Shown here one piece after another: positions 24,701 to 38,128 of a DNA stretch of 64,000 nt. Origin of the DNA: Phoronis australis. Taxonomy: Eukaryota > Animalia > Phoronida. The stretch is taken from assembly GCA_002633005.1 (NCBI GenBank), contig NMRA01000617.1:8367-72366 (forward strand), in the 5' to 3' direction. Every line of letters begins with the position of its first letter. Within the stretch, counting starts at the first letter, position 1. Below the pieces are notes generated by a model, which saw nothing but the letters and a program-made list of their open reading frames with translations, was not told where the DNA came from and made no database searches. A program made the position numbers and the translations under genes.

Positions 24701-27700
24701 GTCAATCAGCTGCCAACCTTAGCGAAACCTTCGTCTGATTACAACTCAGCGAAACCTTCCTCTCAATACAACTCAGTGAAGCATTCCTCTCATCTCAACT
24801 TAGCGAAACTTTCTACTCATTACAACTTAGCGAAACCTTCCTCTCGTTGTAGCAGCTCACAGCTGAATGAGGCACTGCGGGCGCCAATTTCAGTGTCCGA
24901 AAGATATCCTCCTCCTTTTTTCCAAAAACGCCCTCCACTTTTCTGAAACAGTCCCTCGGTCATTTTGTAAGCAATGTCACTTCGATAAAATGAACGTTTC
25001 GGCGAATTCCAGGTGGCCGCTGACCGAAAAAAGATGGCTTCCTCTTTGTGACAAAACCAAGGGTTGAGACCAGTCTTGCAGTTTTCATTATTTTTATTTT
25101 AGTCTGCAAGCATGTCATCTGTATTTCGCCCGACTAATCAATACTTTTATACTGCCTGGAAATTTGGCCATTCACGAGGTCTGCGTCTGTTCAAATCATT
25201 CCTTAGAATCTCAAGCTGAGTCTAACCAGAAAAGACATTATTGGGATGTTAGCAAGAAGGCAGATCTGTAGATTGATTTTAAGTCGGGCGATATGAAGGC
25301 ACAGCAGACGTTCGATTTGTCTTCTCTAGTGAATTTAGATAACATGATGATGCGCGAAACGTCGCTATCCGTCTGCAGTTGGTATAAATCGGCTAATAAT
25401 CAATTTACCTTAGATGTGTATAAAAGCAATGACTTTGTCTCTAGGTGTTGAGATGTTATTAATATCAATACTCATCATGTCTGTTCATAGGCAAATACAA
25501 CAATCACATACCTGAACTTGGACGGAAATGGAATCGACAAGAAAGGGGCCCAATATGTCAGCTGGATGCTAGCGGAAAACACAAGAATACGAATTCTTGT
25601 AAGTACGTTTTATCGTTGATTAAACTCGTGTTGTAAATAGTGATCTTTATATGTCACTTAGTCTATGTCAAATTCTTAGTGCCAGATAAACCAGAAAACA
25701 ATTGTGGCAAAAGAACCTTTGCCTGCAAGGGTGCTGTCGCTTACAACGGACTGGGAACTGCAGTCACGAACGTGCCCTATGTCCATGTCTTCAAACAGAA
25801 AAACTGGGACTTTGTGCACGGTTCGGGGCTGTAGGCTCAGTTCGTCATTATTTTACTATAGTTTATCTTATTTATTCACCTAATTGTACACATTAACTAA
25901 TTTTATAACTAATTTACTTTTATTTCTTAATCTTTTCAATCTAATTGTGCATAGCTCTCTGTATTTACATCATGTAATTATTTCCGTCTGGGCTCACTTG
26001 AAAATCAGTGTATTCACTGAAGTGGTTACTCAGTCTTTTAAGGAAGTATAAATAAATAAATCGAGAACTTTTTATAAGCCCTTGACTGTTTCATACTTTT
26101 ATGACTAGAGAATTTATTGAAGCAAATGTATCCGGAATATGGCATTTACTGCGTAAAGCATATCTGAGTGTAAATTCTTCAGCACTTGCTTGTCTACTTC
26201 TTAAACGTGATTAAAAATTATACAATGTAGACCTAAGTTTCAGTTTGTATTTTGAGTGTGCTGTATACCAGTACTCGATGTCGCTACTATATCAAAAACC
26301 GTTTGGGAAAACACCGGCAAAATACCGTTTAAAGAGTAGTGCTAGCACAGACAATATTTTAGAAATATTTCTCATCAGCTATTGCTCTTTTTATTTTTTT
26401 GTGACTTTGGACCCTGTATTTTATCGAGAGACTTGCAAACATTACAAACGTTTATTACCGAATGTTCCATATACATGTAGTGCTTAACAGACGTACGCAA
26501 TACTCAAAATACTTGAGAGGGGTATTGCTCTGCGAGACACAGCAAATAAAATTTCTGTCTTAGTTGCAAAGGTCTGGAAATGCCCGGAAGAAAGGCCTTT
26601 TAAAACCGAAACGGATACGACATCTGAACTATGTTCGAGAAGTGTGTCGCTGAATTCCAAAGACAGCACCCTGTAATAGGACTCGGAACAGAACCAGAAA
26701 AAGCTGTGGCTAGGCCTGATGATTACATTACAGTCAGTCCTCCCAAGAAAAGATGTCGTCTAGACGAATTCTTGAAAAGGACTATGGGATTGTAGTGATT
26801 GACGTCAAACCATTGTTTTGGATGGAAACAGAAGCGCATCAGAACGTGCAAAGTTACAGATACCTCTCTCTCATTAGACAATCTCCCACATTGGCAAAGA
26901 TGTCGAATATATACGTCTATGGAAGCAATGTGTCCTTTAAACGGATTTTCAGCTTCGTAGGGAGCACCATTACACGGGTGGGAAAGAGACTTGCTGTCTT
27001 CAGAAAGAGCCGTTTCCAGTTTCTTTTCTTGGTAACATCTATAGTTTGTGAAAAGAAAACGAAGTTAATCAGACTATTTCGGTTAAGTATTCAAATACAA
27101 AGTAGTTGTACTCTTTTTTTAACAACACCAGTGTCTTGAAACATTTCCTCAAAGTATCATATCGGATTGTTAGATATCGATATCGGATCGTATCATTTCG
27201 TTATTAAAGCTATGCAGCCCTAGTTATCACATTCCTATTTCAGAGTTTGAATGAAAACTGCATGGGCAGCGACGGTCTTGGACACCTGACGAAGACGTTA
27301 ACAAGCAACGAAACGGTCTACAAGCTTAGTCTATCGGGTTGGTATCTATAAAAAAATGTTGGAGTAATAACATTCAAACCGACACCGAAACCCAATCAAT
27401 ATTATAAAACGCTCATGGCCGGTAATGTCCCTGATTGAAAACTTCCCTCCGACACCTTAAGCACAAGCATTCTACTGTTATAATTACTAAAAGATGAATT
27501 GTTGTGAATTTGATCGAACCACATCTTCATTCATAAAACGGTAACGATATGAATGTATTGACAAAATTTTAAGTCATTATCGTCACAGACAAAACGTTTC
27601 CGGGTGTAACGTGAGAGAGGAAGTCTGTGTCTGTGTGTTTGAATCTTACTCAACATATCAGGACATTATTCGCTGGCTGCCTGGAGTTAGTTCCGTAGAC

Positions 27701-30700
27701 GCAAAAAAGCAAGATTATGCTAGACCATGCACAACTACGCGAACGAAAGGCGAGTACTTCGTGAGTTCCGCTCGGGGCTTTATTGGACCAGCAAAATGGC
27801 TGCCACTGAAGTAATTGATCAGCGAGACTAGAATGCGCAATTGTGAGATATAATTACCACTTTCCTCTCTATAAACGAAGATTTTTACCTCGCGAATGTC
27901 TTGTTCATTCTACGGATCATACATGGTAACTTATACGGAATGTTCGTATTCTATACGGATTTGACTCAATAAACGTAGTACACGGGCGTACAAATAAAGT
28001 TATATGGATTCTTTAAAAAATTCAATATTTATTCAGAGCTATAATCAATTCCCAGGACGATAAAGAGCGCATGTAACATTTACAAAAGTGCTGTATTCCA
28101 CAAAAAGCAGCATCTGAGTCGACAACCAGAAGCATTCATCCATTGACTGAAAATCTAAAAACATGTTTTAATTGTACTTGAAAGCTACGCTGGTAATTTT
28201 GTTATTTTCAGGTAACAACTTCCATGACAAAGACGCCGAATGTATAGCTGAAATATTAACGGTAATGAATATGTATAAGTACTGAATGCTATTCAACAAT
28301 TTTATGCACGGTTGACAAAAATAGGGGCAAAAATAACCTTTCCAGTGGCTAAACTGCAGTTATACGTTTGCTTTTGGAATCGTGGGAAAGAGGGCATTGT
28401 AAAAGCACACAGCACTCAGACATCATTTCTAATGGAAGCGTCATTGGTTCCTAGAAAACATGCTGTTAGTATTTGTAAGTACTAGATGAACTCTAAAGAA
28501 ATGGTGGACCTAAACGATTGATTTCATCAAACCAACTGTAACTAACACTTCCATTAAACTTCTGTAATCAGGACGTAGCTAAGTCTTGGTAATTAAACAT
28601 GTGACGTAACGATTCAGTCGCTGTGGCTTGAGTGAATGTTGCGAAAGTGAGTGTATTTGAAATAAACGGTGACAATCAGTGTATTGATCTCTCCAACGGT
28701 TTTCGTGTGGGTCAATTAACGGTAAACCTCTCGAAGTTTAATCGACAAAATAGCGCTAGATTTACGCAATTATCCAATTCCTCACGATGAAGCATTGCAC
28801 GCAGTAATCCTGTCCACGTGGCCATTTTCTCCGGAATCTATTTCTATATACTACTACAGTAACAATTTGTTTTGCATTTCATTTCTTTTGCTGACTGAAA
28901 ATTGCGACATTTGTTCCGTTAGAACTCAATAGTAAAATAGTAGCAGTATGGAATTCTGAGCCTTTCAGTTGTTAACGTTCAGTTTTTCACGTTCACGCGT
29001 GCAGGATTGACTCATTAACGAGCTAATCTATTTCATAACGGATAATGTGCTGCGACGATGATTGTTCTCGTTATTATGCAACTCGATTAAGGCTTCAGAT
29101 CAAATGGACTCATAAAGAACGGGTTGGTTGTTTAGATTTGTATACATCCCTGCTTAAATACGGCAACTTGATCCTTTCATTTACGAATTTATGCGTGAAT
29201 ATTATTCAGTAACTGACAGAATGTGTTGCTGTCATACTGACATATTGTCGTGAGGAAGTTTGTCATAAATAGTGCCTTGAGAAATGAATCCTAGGACTGG
29301 AGTGAGCGGGACTGACCTGTTAGTGCATTGGTGATCGGACAGTTTCAGAGCAAATTATTATTATTTGATATATGCAGGCTACAATTAACGCGCTAGCGTG
29401 TAAAAATCATGCGTGTTAACAACTGACAAGTTTGGAATTCCATATATTAACCTTTTTACGGATAGCGTGAGACGGCACATACCCAAAGAATTGCGAGATA
29501 GTGGCCTTCTTGAGAAGCACTATAAGTAGACCTGGATAAACGGACTGTAGAAATCACTCCAGTCAGAAATTCAATTTAGTTGCGAGTATTTTCGTAGCAT
29601 TTATCCGAAATCAACTACTAGCTTACCAAGCAGACGATCGTCTGCGTGGCACTCCTTCTGGATCTCTGGCGGTGACTGATCACCCGTATACCGGGACCAC
29701 AAAACCATTTTCTGCGATGCACACGCATCGATTTTCGGTTAATGAAACAAACTGGGATGCGTTCCCTATAGACTACACACAAAGTAAGACCATGGAAGAC
29801 CTCGCAAATCAGGAGGGGTAAAAGGCGAGCGTTATTCACGAGTATGATCGGGAGCTTGCTAACGTATCCTTCATTCCAGAATGACAGCCACTGAAACAAT
29901 TGGTCGGTGCGTTTGGAATGTTGAATTATGGGATAGAATTCACCAATTCCGTTTCATACGCGTAAATTTCTCGCCGTAACTGCTTAGCTAATGTTTTGTG
30001 GTCTACAGAACGCAGACCTGGTTTAAATTGCTATGTACGCCAACCCTACTCTTTTTCTCATCTGTTGAAATGTAAGTTCATGGACACCATACCCATGTTG
30101 TTTAGAACAATGAATAATTGTAACTGCAACTGTTTACTATTGATAGAAAAACAAGACTCTTAAAGAATTGGATCTCAGCTACAACAATTTTGGGGACAAA
30201 GCTGCAGATATTCTGGGTCCCGCTATTGGTGCCAACGACGTGCTAAGGGTGCTCAACCTCAGCTGGAACAAGTTCATGGCTTTTGGAGCTGTTTCCATAG
30301 CTCGAGGCTTGGCGGTAATATACAGTACATGCACTTTTATACCTAATGAAGCACTGTTGTGTTAACAACACGTACTAGAGCCCGAGGACACATGCATTGC
30401 CATAATTTACAAGCAGGTGGAAACGAAAGATAAGGCACGAATGTCTATTTCTTGTTCACACGGATGACCCCAACATTAAAGCTATACGATTTTTGAGAAT
30501 TAACGCAAAATTCTCAAGTTAGCAGCTCAAACCCAGGAGTCATCAAATGGGAACATGGATTAGAAATTCGACTTAAATCATAATATACACAGTGTATAGG
30601 GTCTTACGTGAGAGCTGAAAATGTAAAAAATAACTTGGAGTTCGAGAGCTTAGATTTAACCTCGACCTGGAGTTTTTTGTAACCCAGTCTTGGGACCGCG

Positions 30701-33700
30701 GTGTAATCTCAAAACTAGGATTAGCCAGACATCCACGTGAATGTACTTGAGCACAAAATAATAGACACTTTTTTACGTTCCCACAAGAGTAGAGTACTGA
30801 AAACGTCAGAAGTAATCGCGAGTTCGATTTCGACTACAAAGACTGAACTCCGGGTCTCGGTGGCAGCACTGAACCTTAACGTAACTCTTTCCTTTCCATT
30901 CTCCAATTTTAAATGCAGGTTTAGTTTCGTCAGCTGAAAGATGTCACTAAAATAGAAGCATTTCGTAACTTTCTACCCTGTTTGTGTTTGCTTTATGTAA
31001 CTATTATTTTTGATTTTTTTTCGAAAGCGGGAGGAGTTCACTGCTTATGGCGGTATTTGAGTGAGTATCCATAATGAACGAGTCAGCTTTCACTCACTAC
31101 GGCGGCCATTTTAAGTGGTGGTGCACCACCAAAAAATCAATCTAGGAAATTCATATTAAATTCAGTTACGTTTGAAAATAATTGCAGTTGTGTTTCATGA
31201 GCATTATTTGAGCTTCAGTTTTGATTAAACTATTTAGCGTTAAAATTCGTTTCCTGAAGTTTTTTAAGATAAACCTAAATGAAACGGAAAGAGTATTTGT
31301 AAAATCATGTTTTTGGTCTCGAACTCAGACTCTGTTAGCATTTGAGTCAAGTTGTTGCAGATCTATAACATCTGGTTCTTGATTGGTCAATCAAGAACGA
31401 GGTCAACGTAAGTGGTATATTTAAGTCAAAATATGACCAATCGAAACAAAGCACGGCTAGAGACATTCAAAATAGATCTATACTTCCAGGAGAACGTTGG
31501 CTTGAAGTCGTTGGTGCTGGAAATGAACGGTCTAGCTGACCGCGGCGCAAGTGCAATGGCCGAGGCCTTGAAACTCAACGATTCTTTGATCGACCTCGAT
31601 ATAAGCAACAATCGCATACATGACGATGGTGCGTCTAGACTGGCTAAGATGTTGGAGGCCAATGAATCGCTACGAATTCTTAAGGTGAGAGAAACGGCAG
31701 ATTTGGTAACATGTCGTCAGTAACAACTTTGACCTCTTTTTATCAGCCGGGCGCATAAAACCACTCGTGAAAGAGGCATTGGTCATAAAATGACTTGTCG
31801 GTCATAAAAATTTTTCTAAGAATAAATGCACACTGGATATCATACAACACCGCATATAGCATTTCTAAGACAACGTTGTGTAATTCTGCGATGTTTTAAG
31901 ATGCTTTGCAAACAGTTAACTTGCAAGCTTCTGCCAGCAAAGGTCTATTTTCAAACAATGAGCGAGTGATGCAGCTGACAAAGGTTCAACAGGAATCCAC
32001 TTTATATATCAATATTTTTTGTAGATTGGAAATAACCCACTGACAACAGTAGCGTCGGTTGTCATACTCGAATGTGTTCTCAGAAATCCAAACAGCGCCC
32101 TGGTAACGCTGGACATGACGGTGAGGTTTGGAGATTGTTTTTTAAAACAGCGTAAAATATTCGGAGATTTATTGGGTTTATTTCTGCATTTTTCTTGTAA
32201 CTTGAAAACCGTGATTAAATTTCAGCAAGAGGCTTTGCTGTGAGTAAATCATGCTACACCAAAAGATTTAAAACAGGTGTCTAAGCCAATAAGCCGCATT
32301 ACTCCCTTTGGTCGGAAGCACATTCTCCCTCTCAAATAATCAGTCACATTTTAATTCTCCACGTGATAAAGATAGATTTATGATTATGCCCTAAAGACCT
32401 GATACAGCGCTAAGTTTTAGGTACGCGAAGGAGCCGCACTCTCTTATCTGAAGGACATCGAATCCGTTTATGTTCGACATTTTTCCCAAGCGGTATACTA
32501 CTCACTTCAGTTAATACTTCATTAGTGCATGAGAACAGTTCGATGAATATTTATTGATCAAGCATTAGAAAACAGACCAGTCACGCGATACCCACTTTTC
32601 GCCAACTTTGTGTAAACGAATCTTATATTAGCCATATTTTGCGAAAAGAAATGTGTCTTTTTGAAGTGTATGTTGTAGGCAAATCTAATTTGGGATTTTC
32701 GCAGGGTATTCCCGTATTCAAAGAGTCCACTCTCTCGGCAGACGAAATCAAAGAGGTCAAGCCACACTTCACGTTCAAGTACACAGGGGTCGTGACAGGA
32801 AGCAACGAACTTGGTAAAAGATGTTTTAAAGCAGACTTGTTTTGATTTAACCATTGTAAAACGAAGTTATTGGTTTTTAAATTGATCACAGGCCTATTGA
32901 ACTGAAATAGGAGGAATCAAGAACGACGTGTTTTAACGATGCCTCTTGTTTTCACCACTGAGCCTCCTCATCAATTTATAACAAATTAAGATTACTCTAC
33001 ATGTTTGAGTAGGAGTCATTCTGTCCTATTAGTTTTTCTAACTTCATAAAAAGTGACGCTAGGGGACGCTCTGTTCTGATTATTAGGAAGAAAATTGGCG
33101 TCACCGACTTTGAAAAGCATTGCTGGAGAATTGGTGCCAACGGAACCGCATGATTTGTGTTAAAATTCGATTCATGTTTTTTAACAAAAATGATATTGAA
33201 ATGTGAATCTCTATGAAAAAAGGAAGTTTTAACACCTATCAATATTTTTCCACAGACGGTGCTGAACAAAACAAGTTCTTTGCCAATAAGAACCCGATGA
33301 CAATTTTAAAGTGGTACATATCTTATAAAAGTCTGCGACTCGTGGACATCTTTAAACAGTTTGATCAAGACGGGGACTGTAAAATATCAAGAGAAGAATT
33401 CGTCACTGGAATACAGGTAAATGATTTGTTTAAACGTGTCCAGTGTACAAGTACTGTAACCTCGATCCATAATTTCCATCATACAAGACAAGTTTATTAA
33501 TATAATAATTGTGTAAAATTGTGTAAGTATCATCCGTTATGCGCCAATCTAAACCGTGTACTCGAATAATTTGGACTGGAAGTTAAGTCTCTGAATAACT
33601 GCATCACGTTAGAAGACGATACTTTCTAAAAACAACCTCAGGTATTTTATCTGTTACTTCACGGTCTCACGTGCTTCTCTAATTATAATTCATGGCGGTA

Positions 33701-36700
33701 TCTCACAGTCTTGCGTGATCTTACGTTTTCGTGAAGTTCTGGCGTTTATGAAAAGCACGCCAGGGTTGGCACTGCTGTATTTTTAAGACAATTTTGATTT
33801 GAAATGTATCGCACACAACTCTGGAACATCCATGTACGTTTCTTTTTCCATGCAGGCCATGAGAATCCCAATGAATCAAGCTCAACTGAATACCCTGGTG
33901 GAACAGATGGATGAAAACGGGGACGGACAAGTTGACATGGGGTAACATTTGAGATACATTGTCTTCCTTATTATGGATCTTCTCAGCTAGTGATAACCCA
34001 TGGAAGCCTGTATAGTGTATTTGCGTGAAAATGCGCCAGGACACAGACCACACCGGTGTTGGAAATATCTGGCTTCAAGACAGTCGTATTTTGTACGGAT
34101 TATGACTAGAGTCTATTGAACTACTATGTAAACCTGCCTTTATTACAAAGCTGTGATGTAGACCATTCTTAACTTTTACCATGCTAAAATTAGAACGCAA
34201 CAACGCGACGGGAAATTTTGTGCACCGAACACAGACGGTCTCACGAGAAGTAAAGAAACGGTCAGTTCTGTCCCAGAAACCTAGTAAATATGCCCTCACT
34301 TACCGTTCGGACATACGCCCATAGACAATGAAGACGCGTGTAGGCAAATAAGCGTAAGAGTGACTAAAATTCTTCCTCACTCAGTCCAGTCCACAGACAT
34401 CTTATAATGCGCTTTTCATTCATATGTGCCATGCCTTGAAACTCTTCCAAACGCTCGTTACCCGTCACCTCATTTTTCTGTGAAGCGCCAAAGGGTTCTT
34501 AAATGAGTAACTTTTTTACGCGTTGAAATGTGCTTAATCTACGTGTACTTTTGCTTCATCTACGTGTACTTTTGCTTAATCTATGTCTACTTTTGCTTAA
34601 TCTACGTGCATTTTGGGATAGAACTACATGAACTGATTAAAATTACGCGTTGATTCAGTACATTTCAACGCGCAAAAAGTTTAAGAACCCTTTGTCCCTT
34701 CATATTTTTCAAGCGATGCACCCCATTTGAATGGCCAGCTATCGTGTGAAAGAGTTGACGTAATAATACATGTCATTGACAAATCGATGAGAATTCCTTA
34801 GGTGAAAACAAAATTGTCGGAATGTCGAGAGATCTAGAGTAATCCGTAATAACTTGGAAAGTTATTCGAGAGAAAAGTCAACAAGGCAAATGCGTAAATG
34901 TGCGGACTATCATTTATCTTCAATCTTCATGACTCAGCGAGATTAAAAAATGACGAAATATTTTGTCACAGCCATAAATCGTACCGATAAGATGTACGAT
35001 TGAGTTTGTCGAAACCCATAAACCATTTTAATTCGAATATGTGGTCAGACATTGAAAAAACGGATTTGCGCTGTTGACGAAAGGCACTCGCGTGTGAAAG
35101 ACACGTGTCGCGAGAACGCTCAGTACCTCATCACTGAGCGTACCCTAGCAACTCGCTGGTTCCCTGCGTGCTTAGCCCAGCCAGCACGCCGGTATCACCT
35201 AGTGGCACGTGCTTTAGCATTGGTCGATGTAATCTTGGCAGTCATTGGTTAGCTTTACAACACCGTGAAAAAATGGCGGACTGTGAACGATTTTTAGCCT
35301 TCGTTTCTGAAGTGATGTTTAATAGCCGCGTGCTTGAAGCACATACATGCACAATAAACANAGACCATTCTTAACTTTTACCATGCTAAAATTAGAACGC
35401 AACAACGCGACGGGAAATTTTGTGCACCGAACACAGACGGTCTCACGAGAAGTATAGAAACGGTCAGTTATCTGTCCCAGAAACCTAGTAAATATGCCCT
35501 CACTTACCGTTCGGACATACGCCCATAGACAATGAAGACGCGTGTAGGCAAATAAGCGTAAGAGTGACTCAAATTCTTCCTCACTCAGTCCAGTCCACAG
35601 ACATCTTATAATGCGCTTTTCATTCATATGTGCCATGCCTTGAAACTCTTCCAAACGCTCGTTACCCGTCACCTCATTTTTTCTGTGAAGCGCCAAAGGG
35701 TTCTTAAATGAGTAACTTTTTTACGCGTTGAAATGTGCTTAATCTACGTGTACTTTTGCTTCATCTACGTGTACTTTTGTTTAATCTATGTCTACTTTTG
35801 CTTAATCTACGTGCATTTTGGGATAGAACTACATGAACTGATTAAAATTACGCGTTGATTCAGTACATTTCAACGCGCAAAAAGTTTAAGAACCCTTTGT
35901 CCCTTTATATTTTTCAAGCGATGCACCCCATTTGAATGGCCAGCTATCGTATGAAAGAGTTGACGTAATAATACATGTCATTGACAAATCGATGAGAATT
36001 CCTTAGGTGAAAACAAAATTGTCGGATTGTCGAGAGATCTAGAGTAATCCGTAATAACTTGGAAAGTTATTCGAGAGAAAAGTCAACAAGGCAAATGCGT
36101 AAATGCGCGGACTATCATTTATCTTCAATCTTCATGACTCAGCGAGATTAAAAAATGACGAAATATTTTGTCACAGCCATAAATCGTACCGATAAGATGT
36201 ACGATTGAGTTTGTCGAAACCCATAAACCATTTTAATTCGAATATGTGATCAGACATTGAAAAAACGGATTTGCGCTGTTGACGGAAGGCACTCGCGTGT
36301 GAAAGACACGTGTCGCGAGAACGCTCAGTACCTCATCACTGAGCGCGCCCTAGCAAAAGGGGGCGGGGCGGAATGTTGACTGATGGGAAAGAACTCGGTT
36401 TCCGTGGAGTAAGTTGATATGACACACGGAGTGTCTTGAGTCTAGGGCACGCAGACGGGATTTATATCGGATTCCGGTTTGCAACTGCTAAGTATTGGGA
36501 AGTGGTGTATTATGATTAACAGAGTTTCAACGTGTGTCTTTAATTTCAGTCAGGTTAGTTGTATACTTTTGTAAATCTCATCGTATATACTTTGTATTGC
36601 AATTACTGGTTTACAGACCCGAAATTAGCATAAATACAGATTAAACTCCACATTTTTAATATGTGGTAATAACTACGAGGAAAACAAAAACAAAAACAAA

Positions 36701-37491
36701 AATAACAAAAGGTATCACTTTGGTCAATGCTAGCAAAGAAATTTCACATTTTAAGGACGCATAGAATGCGAAAGCTCGTCAAAATATCTTTTAAACAATT
36801 CCTGGTGAAAGTACAAACTCGCAACGTCTAGTACAAAGTAATTCACTTTCCCTGTGAGGAAATTTTCAGACAAAATCACGAAATTCACGGTTTTTGAAAT
36901 ACGCGCGAACGAAAAACTTGTGATAAATGAGCTCATAGCCAGTTACTTGAATGCGCTTGAGGTCAAAAGTCACATTTTCCATAATATAAGAGAAATGTGC
37001 CACGTCTATATCTTGTCATGCCAAATAAGAGAAAAATCGACGAAGTGGTGAGCAGTTGACTTTGAAATTTGAAAGTAAAGGAAAATGATTTGATTTTAGC
37101 AGAAATTACAAATCTTTTCGAACAAACTCTAGAAAAACCTGGTGGGCAGGTTCAACTCTGTTTCAGTGGCAGAGCACCACTTTCAATATTTGCAATTATT
37201 CGCGTTCCGGGCCTCTTTAAGCGAAATCACTTCATCCCGCGTGTAGAAGTGTGGTTGCGTCAATACGTCCTGTGCACAGAGAGGTCGGATACACTGAATA
37301 CTTCAATAAGTCTCCAATTAACAGTGGCACCTGAATGTTTCCATTTCTATTTCGAACTTGTGATAACATAGCTTCGATTTTATTTCAGAGAACTTGTAAA
37401 AGCGGATAAAACCTGGAGGAAAAGTCAACAACGGAAGACGAAAACAATTCAAAAACGACAATCAGTCCTCCCGCCACTCACGAATTCGTGA
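21703..37491 (+). CDS. LRRC74: LRRC74-like RI-type leucine-rich repeat protein with a C-terminal EF-hand pair, 538 aa, 12 exons
   Basis: Exons 21703-21973, 24251-24426, 25491-25598, 27244-27337, 28212-28261, 30147-30314, 31490-31684, 32025-32120, 32705-32813, 33256-33416, 33856-33941 and 37389-37491 sum to 1617 nt; all are GT-AG and in phase. Acidic YDTDIE motif and Y..TC..LG..P N-cap as remembered for LRRC74A/B. 28-aa LRRs (NTTITYLNLDGNGI, NKTLKELDLSYNNF, NDVLRVLNLSWNKF, NDSLIDLDISNNRI). EF loops DQDGDCKISREE and DENGDGQVDMGE. A versus B orthology is not resolvable by eye. Confidence 0.88.
24509..24845. repeat. 27-bp minisatellite with a ~181-bp higher-order duplication
   Basis: Units CAACT(C/T)AGCGAAACCTTCCTCTCAATA; the block starting TTGTTGTTGTTGTCAATCAGCTGCCAACC occurs at ~24509 and again at ~24690. 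Confidence 0.9.
25670..26061 (+). mobile_element. Degenerate 3' end of a second CR1/L2-group LINE subfamily
   Basis: VPDKPENNCGKRTFACKGAVAYNGL resembles the KTETGKRSFIYAAAIIWNSF end of the 17.4 kb LINE. 3' hairpin TCAGTGTATTCACTGA and TAAATAAATAAA tail at ~26049-26061. Confidence 0.7.
26240..27222 (+). mobile_element. Fossil hAT transposon 3' half (dimerisation-domain remnant plus right end)
   Basis: VTLDPVF resembles the hAT LDPRF motif. PLFW...PTLAKMSNIYVYGSNVSFKRIFSFVGSTITR resembles PL.WW..PTLAKLA..YL..PASSV.SERIFS.AG..IT. CGATA/TATCG subterminal repeats; end ATGCAGCCCTA is the reverse complement of a TAGGGCTGCAT Ac-like terminus. Confidence 0.65.
34160..36356. repeat. Near-identical ~990-bp direct duplication (34160-35151 / 35362-36356) in the last LRRC74 intron
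   Basis: The copies differ by only a few substitutions and indels; the second begins immediately after the N at 35361. Confidence 0.9.
34489..34694. mobile_element. MITE with long terminal inverted repeats and internal 21-bp tandem units (second copy ~35694-35899)
   Basis: CAAAGGGTTCTTAAA...ACGCGTTGAAATGT pairs with ACATTTCAACGCG...TTTAAGAACCCTTTG; internal (GCTTAATCTACGTGTACTTTT) about four times. Confidence 0.75.
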
Positions 37492-38077
37492 TATCTCAAA
37501 ATCAGTCCGCCTGCATTAAAAGAAGCAGACGCCAAGACAGCAATGTTGACTTTAAAAATGAGCGAACATCCCATTGTAGGGAAGGGTAACGCTATCTGGG
37601 CTGCATTGTGTTAGGATAGTTTGCGAGTTTGGGAGATGACGTACCGGTACGGCTTCGTGATCGCCATACACCACAAGCGAAGCACGAGATCTTACAAGCT
37701 TTTACTTGAGTTACGAAACAAGCCTCAAGCGGAAACCAGTCGAATCACTCCTCTTCAAACGTTATTTAGAGTTGATTTACACTATCCAAGCTGGTCAAAA
37801 TGGTTGCACTTGGTCGATTCCGCTGGTTCCGTCCAGTCAACCAGCCAAGACATCTGGTTTGTAACACGGAAGCAACCAGGTGTGCGTTCAGTAGGGGAAA
37901 GAATCTCGCGAAAACGCAAGAACGCACCAGACCTCTCGAGATATCGCCATGCATTTCAGGGGAAGCATGTGGCCGCTACTTAGCAAGATTCTTGCAGTCT
38001 CTACACTGACGTCTCATTTGGTTGACCCTGCCAAACCAGTGACGTCAATTAAGTGCAACCACTGACATCGACGTTTG

Positions 38078-38128
38078 TTAACAACAAACAAAAAACAATT
38101 AATCCTAACCCACAGGTCATTTTTTATT
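38078..38128 (-). terminator. Candidate polyadenylation signal of the Rab11-FIP gene
   Basis: AATAAA on minus (38123-38128), followed ~25 nt downstream by a GU/U-rich element TTGTTTTTTGTTTGTTGTT (38080-38098). Confidence 0.55.

Noticed and set aside
24492-24845. AKPSSxYNS repeat peptide or CRISPR-like array
   Set aside because: Intronic minisatellite downstream of the 24426 donor; units abut with no spacers.
37621-38009. Overlapping ORFs of 62-120 aa downstream of LRRC74
   Set aside because: Non-ATG starts, no recognisable motif and no supporting splice structure.
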